A stretch of DNA of 21,401 bases from Chthoniobacterales bacterium (lineage in GTDB: Bacteria; Verrucomicrobiota; Verrucomicrobiia; Chthoniobacterales; UBA10450): positions 1 through 21,401 of the forward strand of contig DATLNB010000063.1 in assembly GCA_035536995.1 (NCBI GenBank), given 5' to 3'. Shown here one piece after another: positions 8,380 to 15,119 of the stretch. Under the pieces are notes generated by a model. The model had not been told where the DNA came from. It saw only the letters and a program-made list of their open reading frames with translations, and searched no databases. Position 1 is the first letter of the stretch. Each line of letters begins with the position of its first letter. Position numbers and translations under genes: made by a program.

Positions 8380-9255
8380 TCATCCGCGATATCCCTCCAT
8401 CAGCGCCAACATCTCCCTCACCGCCGTCTCGAACCCGACAAACACCGACCGCGCGACGATCGAGTGGCCGATGTTCAATTCCACCAGGTGCGGGATCTTA
8501 TGAATCAACTTCATATTGCGATAATTGATGCCGTGCCCTGCGTTCACCTGAAGTTTTGAAGTGTGCGCCGCTTCAGACGCCGCCCGCAGCCGTTCGAGTT
8601 CCTGGCGCGCGATCTTGTCCGTGAACGCGTTGGCGAGCTTGCCGGTGTGCAGCTCTACCATCTCGGCGCCGAGCTCCGCGGCCGCGTCGATTTGCGGGAG
8701 CAACGGGTCGATGAACAAACTCACGCGGACGCCGGCAGCGTGAAACCGTTTCACCGTTGGCGCCAGCTCCTTGCTGTTCGCGATCACGTCGAGCCCGCCT
8801 TCCGTGGTCACTTCCTGGCGCTTCTCCGGGACAAGGCAAACCTCATCCGGCAAAATCCGGAGCGCGATATCGACGATGTCCGGCGTGTTACCGAGCTCGA
8901 GGTTCAGCTTCGACATGATGCTTTCGCGCAAACGCTCGATATCGCGGTCCACGATATGGCGCCGGTCGCCGCGCAGATGGGCCGTGATCCCGTGCGCCCC
9001 TGCCCGCTCGCAAATCCCCGCGATCGCGATCGGGTCCGGCTCCACGTTTTTCGATTCCGGCATGGTCGCATAGCGCGCCTGCCGGAGCGTCGCAACATGG
9101 TCGATATTAACCCCGAGCCGCAGTCCGCTTGTCACCGTGGGAATAGGATGCAGGCCTGTGATTGCAGCAAGTTTTTCCGTCGTCCGGGCGCGTGACAATT
9201 CAGCGGAAGTTTTCGAGAAGCGCTGATTGACAGGAGTGGCGCTCACAGCCGGCAC
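8380..9255 (-). CDS. pdxJ: Pyridoxine 5'-phosphate synthase
   Basis: PdxJ signatures are present: LGVNIDHVATLRQAR, GAHGITAHLRGDRRHI, LNLE, CLVPEKRQEVTTEGGLDV, VSLFIDP, VELHTG and NAGHGINY. The ATG at 9255 gives a ~40-aa N-terminal extension relative to typical PdxJ. An in-frame GTG at 9135 (VTSGLRLGVNIDH) is an alternative start. Confidence 0.9.
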   Translation of the reverse strand: MPAVSATPVNQRFSKTSAELSRARTTEKLAAITGLHPIPTVTSGLRLGVNIDHVATLRQARYATMPESKNVEPDPIAIAGICERAGAHGITAHLRGDRRHIVDRDIERLRESIMSKLNLELGNTPDIVDIALRILPDEVCLVPEKRQEVTTEGGLDVIANSKELAPTVKRFHAAGVRVSLFIDPLLPQIDAAAELGAEMVELHTGKLANAFTDKIARQELERLRAASEAAHTSKLQVNAGHGINYRNMKLIHKIPHLVELNIGHSIVARSVFVGFETAVREMLALMEGYRG

Positions 9256-9320
9256 GACTCATGCATTCGCCAGTTGCGGGCTGCCTTTCGCTGCCGCGCT
9301 GAAATTCGTCCCCGAATTCG

Positions 9321-9396
9321 AGCGGCGACAATAGCCCAGCGCTTTAGCGCTGGGAATACAATCCGTTCGCGCATGGAGTCCCGCATGGACGAAAGA
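9321..9396 (+). repeat. REP-like element copy 1 (palindrome CCCAGCGCTTTAGCGCTGGG at 9335-9354)
   Basis: The sequence reads gcggcgacaatagCCCAGCGCtttaGCGCTGGGaatacaatccgttcgcgcatggagtcccgcatggacgaaaga. Its spacer matches the reverse complement of the right-hand copy more closely than copy 2 does. Confidence 0.8.
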
Positions 9397-9418
9397 CCGG
9401 TGATTGTCACCAAAGCGA

Positions 9419-9511
9419 CGCCCGACATAAAGCCCCGCTCCGACAATTGCCCAGCGCTTTAGCGCTGGGAATCGGCCACACGAGACGGTAAAGTCCCGGA
9501 GGGACGAAAGA
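9419..9511 (+). repeat. REP-like element copy 2 (palindrome at 9450-9469), abutting the RAYT start codon
   Basis: The sequence reads cgcccgacataaagccccgctccgacaattgCCCAGCGCtttaGCGCTGGGaatcggccacacgagacggtaaagtcccggagggacgaaaga, followed directly by ATG 9512. Confidence 0.8.
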
Positions 9512-9958
9512 ATGCATTCGTTTTCCAGTTCCCTCCATCATTGTGTCTTTGCGACAAAACAGCGCGAAGGACTTCTGGTTCCAGCCATTAGCGACCGGCT
9601 CTGGCCGTACCTCGGAGGAATTGCGCGCGATAACAAAATGAAAGGTCTCGCGATCGGTGGCGTGGCTGATCACGTTCATATCCTGCTCAGTCTGCCGGCT
9701 ACAATGTCGATGGCAAAGGCGATGCAGCTGCTGAAGGGCAATTCTTCGAAATGGATTCATGAGACGTTTCCGAAGCTGCGCAGCTTTGCGTGGCAGGAAG
9801 GATACGGCGCCTTTAGTATTGGCGTGTCTGGAATCGAAGAGACGCGGGAATACATTCACCGCCAGGCAGAGCACCATCGGACGAAAACGTTTCGCGAAGA
9901 GGTAATCATGTTTCTTGAGCGTCATGCTATGACCTTTGATGAAGGGATGTTGGAGTAA
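9512..9958 (+). CDS. REP-associated tyrosine transposase (RAYT; IS200/IS605-family Y1 HUH transposase)
   Basis: 148 aa. The HUH motif is HVHILLSLP. The conserved tail is WQEGYGAFSIG...REYIHRQAEHHRTKTFREE, which carries the catalytic Tyr in the YIxxQxxHH context. Palindromic repeats flank the gene. Confidence 0.85.
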   Translation: MHSFSSSLHHCVFATKQREGLLVPAISDRLWPYLGGIARDNKMKGLAIGGVADHVHILLSLPATMSMAKAMQLLKGNSSKWIHETFPKLRSFAWQEGYGAFSIGVSGIEETREYIHRQAEHHRTKTFREEVIMFLERHAMTFDEGMLE

Positions 9959-9965
9959 TCACGAC

Positions 9966-10045
9966 TCTTTCGTCCCTCCGGGACTCCCCGTGCGCAACGG
10001 ATTGCAATCCCAGCGCTAAAGCGCTGGGCTATTGTCGGAGCGGGG
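9966..10045 (-). repeat. REP-like element copy 3, inverted orientation (palindrome CCCAGCGCTAAAGCGCTGGG at 10009-10028)
   Basis: The reverse complement reads ccccgctccgacaatagCCCAGCGCtttaGCGCTGGGattgcaatccgttgcgcacggggagtcccggagggacgaaaga. It is collinear with both left-hand copies. Confidence 0.8.
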
Positions 10046-10121
10046 GGCTACTGTCGGACCGAGAGGGCACTATCGTCGGAGCGAGCCGTTATTGACGAAG
10101 GGCGGCGTTATTCTCAGGGCC
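10029..10121. repeat. Degenerate tandem array (~5 units, ~19-21 bp period) of the REP flank motif CTAyyGTCGGAsCG
   Basis: The units are ctattgtcggagcg (10030-10043), ctactgtcggaccg (10049-10062) and ctatcgtcggagcg (10070-10083). Two decayed units follow: ttattgacgaaggg (10089-10102) and ttattctcagggc (from 10109). Confidence 0.6.
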
Positions 10122-10171
10122 GCGGTTTGGTGAGCACGGCAATCAGGCGCTCGGTCCGTTTTTATCAGCTC

Positions 10172-10199
10172 TTATTGATTCGTTCGCGCCGGCTATATA
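10172..10199 (+). promoter_or_regulatory. Candidate sigma70-like promoter (-35 TTATTG, 16-nt spacer, -10 TATATA) for the downstream plus-strand gene array
   Basis: It lies in an AT-rich patch about 60 nt upstream of ATG 10258. This rests on hexamer resemblance only, and the promoter consensus in this lineage is unknown to me. Confidence 0.3.
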
Positions 10200-10257
10200 C
10201 CCTCCGAATTCTGTCGCAGTAGCGCTTTTGCAATCGCTGCCGGCTGGCCAGGCGCCC

Positions 10258-10773
10258 ATGGACCTTAATTCACTTGCCCAAATAGCCCAGGTATTGAGCG
10301 GTATTGCGGTCGTCGTGGCGATCGTGTTCGGGCTTGTCCAGGCGCGCCAGTTCAAACAGCAACGGCGCGATGCGGCGGACGTAGAGCTGATGCGCTCAAT
10401 GCAGGATCGGGAATTTACTCGCTCGTTTCGGCTCATTTATTCGATCCAGGACAATTTGAGCGCATCGGGTTTGCGGGCTCTTGGTCCGGAGTACGAGGAG
10501 GCGGCCATCGCCCTCGGGGCGCGATTCGAGTCGATGGGGATGTTGGTCTTTCGCGGTAGTATTCCGCTCGACCTCGTCGAGAAAATCGTCGGTGGTGTGA
10601 TCGTGGTGTTGTGGCGAAAGTTAAAGCTGTTTGTAATCGAATATCGGGCGGAGCAGAAACACGAGCTCCTTTTCGAATGGTTTCAGTGGCTGGCCGAGCG
10701 TATCGAGGAGCGCGGTCGAACAGCGGAGGCTCCGGCCTACAAGCAACACTCGAAATGGACGCCGAAGCGATAA
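10258..10773 (+). CDS. Hypothetical single-pass membrane protein (possibly DUF4760-like)
   Basis: Track ORF 10228..10773 starts at a TTG. ATG 10258 gives MDLNSLAQIAQVLSGIAVVVAIVFGLVQARQFKQQRR, an N-terminal TM helix followed by a positive patch and then a soluble helical domain. The DUF assignment is from memory and weak. Confidence 0.6.
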   Translation: MDLNSLAQIAQVLSGIAVVVAIVFGLVQARQFKQQRRDAADVELMRSMQDREFTRSFRLIYSIQDNLSASGLRALGPEYEEAAIALGARFESMGMLVFRGSIPLDLVEKIVGGVIVVLWRKLKLFVIEYRAEQKHELLFEWFQWLAERIEERGRTAEAPAYKQHSKWTPKR

Positions 10774-10787
10774 CCTAACGAGAGGCT

Positions 10788-11627
10788 GTGGCGAACGACC
10801 CTGGCATCCTGGGAGAAGAAGCTCAGCGCCATTACCGCGATGGGATCGAGCTGTCGCGCCTGCAACGCGGCAGCGGGTCCCTGGAGTTTGCCAGGACCAG
10901 GGAGCTATTAACCCGCCATTTGCCTCAGCCGCCCGCTGTTGTTCTCGACATCGGCGGTGGACCTGGAGCGTACGCCTGCTGGCTCGCGGAGCTCGGCTAC
11001 ACTGTTCATCTGATCGATCCGGTCCCGCTCCATGTTGAGCAGGCGTCCGAGGCGTCGCGGCAACTGGCCCGCCCGGTGGCGAGCGTGGCAGTTGGCGACG
11101 CTAGAGACCTCCCCTACGGAGACAGCAGCGCTGACGCGGTCCTGCTCCTCGGTCCTCTTTATCATCTGGTTGAGCGAGACGATCGCCTCAAGGCCCTCCG
11201 GGAAGCATTTCGTGTCCTGCGTCCGAATGGACAAGTCTTTGCGGTTGGGATTTCGAGGTTTGCTTCGACGCTGGACGGCCTGAAGTCAGGTTATGTCGAC
11301 GACCCGGAGTTTGTCCGGATCTACGAACAAGACCTCCTCAACGGACAGCATCGCAATCCGACAAATCATCCCCATTATTTCACGACCGCGTTCTTCCATC
11401 ATCCCGCCGAGCTGAAAGAAGAATTGGTTGCCTCCGGTTTTGCGCACCACGGCACGTTCGGCATCGAAGGGCCGGCCTGGATGCTTCAGGATTTTTCCGA
11501 ACGCTGGGACTCGCCGCGACGGGAAAGGTTGCTGGCCATTGCACGGGCCCTCGAACAGGAGCCGACTTTGCTTGGGGTGAGCGCGCACCTTCTAGCCGTC
11601 GGGGCCAAACGGCCAATCACCTCGTAA
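10788..11627 (+). CDS. Class I SAM-dependent methyltransferase (substrate unknown)
   Basis: Motif I is VVLDIGGGPGAYACWLAELGYTVHLIDP. The acidic loop is GDARDLPY. The post-II/III segment is AVLLLGPLYHL...VLRPNGQVFAV. The start is a GTG, 14 nt after the preceding gene. Confidence 0.8.
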   Translation: MANDPGILGEEAQRHYRDGIELSRLQRGSGSLEFARTRELLTRHLPQPPAVVLDIGGGPGAYACWLAELGYTVHLIDPVPLHVEQASEASRQLARPVASVAVGDARDLPYGDSSADAVLLLGPLYHLVERDDRLKALREAFRVLRPNGQVFAVGISRFASTLDGLKSGYVDDPEFVRIYEQDLLNGQHRNPTNHPHYFTTAFFHHPAELKEELVASGFAHHGTFGIEGPAWMLQDFSERWDSPRRERLLAIARALEQEPTLLGVSAHLLAVGAKRPITS

Positions 11628-11631
11628 GCGG

Positions 11632-12363
11632 ATGCCCGAGTATATCGCCTGGCTCGCGCTTGCGGTTCTGGTTGTCGCATTCCTCTATTCGAGCGTCGGA
11701 CACGCCGGGGCGTCCGGTTACATCGCGGTGATGACCCTGTTTGGTCTCGCGCCCGCTGCCGTCAAACCGGCCGCGCTGGTCCTGAATATTTTCGTCGCAT
11801 CAATTGGGACGTGGCAGTTCTGGCGGGCGGGGCATTTCTCATGGCGCCTGTTCTGGCCCTTCGCAGTCCTGGCAATGCCGATGGCTTTCGTGGGCGGCTA
11901 CACGAATCTCCCCACGAACACTTTCAAGGTGCTGGTTGGAATTGTCCTGCTGGTCTCCGCGGCGCTCTTTATCGTTCGCCCCTCGAATGACACAGTCGCC
12001 CGCGATCCCAATCGTTTACTCGCCATCATTACTGGCGGCGCGCTTGGGTTGCTGGCCGGATTAACCGGCACCGGCGGTGGTATTTTTCTCACCCCGCTTC
12101 TCCTCTTGATGCGCCGGGCGAAAACCAAGGCGGTCGCGGCCGCGTCCGCGCTTTTCATTCTGGTAAATTCCGTCTCCGGTTTATTGGGAAACCTGAGCAG
12201 CACGAAGAACCTTCCTTCGTTCTCGTTTATCCTCCTCGGCGCAGCGGTGGCCGGAGGCGCCGCCGGTTCCTACTTCGGAAGCCAGCGGTTCAATCACATC
12301 GTGATCAAGCGGCTGCTCGCGGTTGTGTTAACGATCGCCGGATTAAAACTGATTTTGGCCTGA
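11632..12363 (+). CDS. TauE/SafE-family (DUF81) anion permease
   Basis: 243 aa with about 7-8 hydrophobic helices. The sequence is Gly-rich and internally duplicated (SSVGHAGASGYIAVM / LTGTGGGIFLTPLLL), which is typical of the TauE/SafE family. It starts 4 nt after the methyltransferase stop. Confidence 0.75.
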   Translation: MPEYIAWLALAVLVVAFLYSSVGHAGASGYIAVMTLFGLAPAAVKPAALVLNIFVASIGTWQFWRAGHFSWRLFWPFAVLAMPMAFVGGYTNLPTNTFKVLVGIVLLVSAALFIVRPSNDTVARDPNRLLAIITGGALGLLAGLTGTGGGIFLTPLLLLMRRAKTKAVAAASALFILVNSVSGLLGNLSSTKNLPSFSFILLGAAVAGGAAGSYFGSQRFNHIVIKRLLAVVLTIAGLKLILA

Positions 12364-12461
12364 CCAGATCCCGGGACGGGACGCAGACCGAAGGGCCAAC
12401 AACCGTCGATGAAAAGGCTTGTTGGGCGCAGGCGGCGTTTCGTATCCAGAGACGCGGCCTT

Positions 12462-13937
12462 ATGCTTCATAAATCGCGTTCTCGAAACTGTTGCGGTTAC
12501 GTCGGAGCGGTTCTGCTCGCGGCCTGGCCAATCCAACCGGCCGCTGCGCAGGCGACTTCGGACTCAGAGCGCCTGGAAAAATTGGAGCGCGCCGTCGAAC
12601 TACTCCAGAAACGGAATGCGGAGCTGGAACGGGAAGTCCAGAGCCTGAAGAATCAGAAGTCTGCGCCATCCACGGTTTCCGTACCGGCCCCTCGACCGCT
12701 CAGAGAAGAGAAACGTTCCCACTTCGTCCCGGACTCGAAATCGTATGTCGAGAGGACGGAACTAAAGGAAGAGAAGAAGCCCCTTTTTGTGATCGCGGGC
12801 GCTTCGGAAATCAAGCTGACGCTCGGTGGTTTGCTCCAGGTCCAATACGAAGGCGGGGATGTTTTCGCTTTTGAAGGCCGATTTGGGTCGGGCGCAATTG
12901 ACGACCGTTTCCGCGTCCGGCGCGCCCGAATCAACGTCACGGGCGACTTCGCCGAGCAATTCGATTTCAAGCTCGAGGGTGAATTTGCACAGAGCGACGT
13001 GGCGCTCACCGTCCGCGACGCGACGGGCCGGACGCTGGCTTCGAATTCCAGCCGGACTGCGTTTGGCGCTCTCGATCTCTTTGCCAACTGGCACCAGTTT
13101 CCCGAATTCCAAGTCAAGGTGGGCCAATACAAAGCGCCGTTCGGGCTGGAGCAGATCAGCGCCGATCCCAAATTGTTCACCGCTGAGCGGAGCCAGGTCA
13201 CGAGCGCTCTTACGCCGGAGCGCCAGGTCGGAATTCAGATTTGGGGCAAACCGTTCACTCACGCTTTTCCGGAGCAAAAGGATCTGCTGACTTATTGGGT
13301 CGGGATGTTCAACGGCAACGGCCGCAACGTTACGATCAACGATAACGACGAATACATGTATGCAGGCCGGATCGAGGTTCAGCCGTGGAAGGGCAAAGTC
13401 GCGGACCAGGATCTGTGGGTAAAAATCGGGGCCAACGCGCTGCAGAGCCGCGATGCGAGTGGGACGCTCCTGTCCCCCGCAGGCACCTTGCGGGTCAATG
13501 CCGACGGATCCCTAAGCAGCTTCACCGCGCCCTCGGCTGCGGAACGTGAAGGCTGGGGCGCTGATGCGGCTTTTCACTGGGGGCCGTTCGATCTAATCGG
13601 CGAATATCTGAGCGAGAACTACGATGGCCGGATCGTCAACGGCGTCCTGCCCACGTTCGACGATTTTGGCGCTGAAGGTTATTATGTCCAGGGGAGCTAT
13701 TTTATTATCCCGAAGAAACTTCAGGTGGTGACCAAGTACGAACATTTCAATCCCGGGCAGATCATCGATGACAATCTCGACTCCCTGACCGGCGGCGTGA
13801 ATTACTACATCCACGGCGACGACGTGAAGCTCATGGCGAATTACATCCATACCTGGTCGAAGTTCCGCGAAGCCCGCCCGGCTCTCGGCGCGTCCGATTT
13901 CGACGAATTTATTCTGCGACTCCAGATCGTTTACTAA
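12462..13937 (+). CDS. OprO/OprP-type (phosphate-selective porin O/P family) outer-membrane porin with an N-terminal coiled-coil
   Basis: It has a signal peptide (MLHKSRSRNCCGYVGAVLLAAWPIQPAAAQA) and a coiled-coil (ERLEKLERAVELLQKRNAELEREVQSLKN). A beta-barrel body follows with the family-typical RFRVRRARINVTGDF...FDFKLEGEF and alternating aromatic strands, ending in ...ILRLQIVY. Confidence 0.75.
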   Translation: MLHKSRSRNCCGYVGAVLLAAWPIQPAAAQATSDSERLEKLERAVELLQKRNAELEREVQSLKNQKSAPSTVSVPAPRPLREEKRSHFVPDSKSYVERTELKEEKKPLFVIAGASEIKLTLGGLLQVQYEGGDVFAFEGRFGSGAIDDRFRVRRARINVTGDFAEQFDFKLEGEFAQSDVALTVRDATGRTLASNSSRTAFGALDLFANWHQFPEFQVKVGQYKAPFGLEQISADPKLFTAERSQVTSALTPERQVGIQIWGKPFTHAFPEQKDLLTYWVGMFNGNGRNVTINDNDEYMYAGRIEVQPWKGKVADQDLWVKIGANALQSRDASGTLLSPAGTLRVNADGSLSSFTAPSAAEREGWGADAAFHWGPFDLIGEYLSENYDGRIVNGVLPTFDDFGAEGYYVQGSYFIIPKKLQVVTKYEHFNPGQIIDDNLDSLTGGVNYYIHGDDVKLMANYIHTWSKFREARPALGASDFDEFILRLQIVY

Positions 13938-13964
13938 CCCCAACCACCCGCTGCCCGGACCGAT

Positions 13965-15119
13965 ATGAACACCATCAACCCAGAGTCAGAAGTCCGGAAA
14001 CGTTACGCCGCCGGCGCCCAGGCACAGGAGGCGAAACTTTGTTGTCCGGTCGATTACAACACCGACCTGCTGAAAATCATTCCGCAGGAAGTGATTGATC
14101 GCGATTACGGTTGCGGCGATCCGAGCAAATATTTGCACGAAGGCGAGACGGTCCTCGACCTGGGAAGCGGGACAGGAAAAATCTGTTTCATCGCCGCCCA
14201 GGTTGTCGGCGCGAGCGGCAAAGTGATTGGGGTCGATATGACCGACGAGATGCTCGAGGTCGCGCGCCGGAACGCGCCAATCGTGGCTGAGCGGATCGGA
14301 TACGCTAACGTGGAATTCCGGAAAGGCCGGATCCAGGACCTGGCCCTGAGTATCGATCTGCTCGACGCCGAGCTGAAACGGCGGCCGATCAACGATGCCG
14401 CGTCATTCCTTGCCGCGGACGACCTTGCCCGGGAACTTCGGGTCAAGAGTCCGCTCATCGCGAACGACTCGGTGGACGTGGTCGTTTCCAACTGCGTCCT
14501 GAATCTCGTGGAGCCGCAGGCTAAACGGCAGCTGTTCGAGGAAATCTTTCGAGTCCTGAAGATCGGGGGACGGGCTGTCATCTCCGATATCGTGAGTGAC
14601 GAAGCGGTTCCCGAACATCTCCAGAACGATCCGGAGTTGTGGAGCGGCTGCATTTCAGGTGCGCTAACCGAAGAAGGTTTCGTCACTGCTTTCACCAACG
14701 CCGGTTTCTACGGCGTCCAGATTTTGAAGCGGGACGAACAGCCTTGGCAGACTGTGGAAGGAATCGAGTTTCGATCCGTTACGATCGAAGCCTTCAAAGG
14801 AAAACAGGGCCCGTGTGTCGAGCGCAACCAGGCCGTCATTTACAAGGGACCGTTCAAGGAAGTACTCGATGACGACAATCACCGGATGGAACGGGGACGG
14901 CGATACGCAGTCTGTGATAAGACTTACAACATCTATCGCAAGGCGCCCTACGCCGGCTCTTTTGAGTTGGTCGATCCGTTAAGACCTGTCCCGGCCGAAG
15001 AGGCTCGGCCTTTTGATTGCTCCCGCACCGCGTTGCGCCATCCGAAAGAAACAAAGGGACTGGACTACGACGTCACCACCGAAGCATCGCAATGCTATGA
15101 CGGCGGGAATTGTTGTTAG
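13965..15119 (+). CDS. arsM: Arsenite S-adenosylmethionine methyltransferase homologue, with an internal insertion and a Cys-rich C-terminal extension
   Basis: It is collinear with known ArsM sequences: VRKRYA, CC (C26/C27), YGCGDP (C50), GETVLDLGSGTG, GVDMTDEMLEVARRN, NVEFRKGRI, SVDVVVSNCVLNL (C177), FRVLKIGGRAVISDIV and LWSGCISGAL (C229). It has an extra ~40-aa insert (residues ~127-167) and a ~110-aa tail ending QCYDGGNCC. Confidence 0.8.
   Translation: MNTINPESEVRKRYAAGAQAQEAKLCCPVDYNTDLLKIIPQEVIDRDYGCGDPSKYLHEGETVLDLGSGTGKICFIAAQVVGASGKVIGVDMTDEMLEVARRNAPIVAERIGYANVEFRKGRIQDLALSIDLLDAELKRRPINDAASFLAADDLARELRVKSPLIANDSVDVVVSNCVLNLVEPQAKRQLFEEIFRVLKIGGRAVISDIVSDEAVPEHLQNDPELWSGCISGALTEEGFVTAFTNAGFYGVQILKRDEQPWQTVEGIEFRSVTIEAFKGKQGPCVERNQAVIYKGPFKEVLDDDNHRMERGRRYAVCDKTYNIYRKAPYAGSFELVDPLRPVPAEEARPFDCSRTALRHPKETKGLDYDVTTEASQCYDGGNCC

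Larger units (their letters stand above)
9321..10121. mobile_element. REP-RAYT unit: a Y1 (HUH) transposase gene bracketed by ~78-bp palindrome-containing elements in inverted orientation
   Basis: There are two direct copies on the left (9321-9396 and 9419-9511) and one inverted copy on the right (9966-10045). A perfect 20-bp inverted repeat abuts the ORF: agtcccggagggacgaaaga at 9492-9511 and tctttcgtccctccgggact at 9966-9985. A tandem degenerate array follows on the right. Confidence 0.8.

Noticed and set aside
9243-9462. Short ORFs 9243..9446 (-) and 9274..9462 (+) between pdxJ and the RAYT.
   Set aside because: They are read straight through the REP-like repeats, so their reading frames are a by-product of the repeat sequence.
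9335-10028. Repeated 20-nt palindrome, considered as a possible CRISPR array.
   Set aside because: There are only three copies with irregular spacing (115 bp and 559 bp), and one is inverted. No cas genes are present, and the copies flank a Y1 transposase. REP/RAYT explains the pattern.
12396-12425. A 7-bp inverted repeat (CCAACAA-N16-TTGTTGG) upstream of the porin gene, considered as a Pho-box-like operator or the TauE terminator.
   Set aside because: The stem is short and the loop long. It does not resemble the enterobacterial Pho box, and I cannot assess significance without comparative data.
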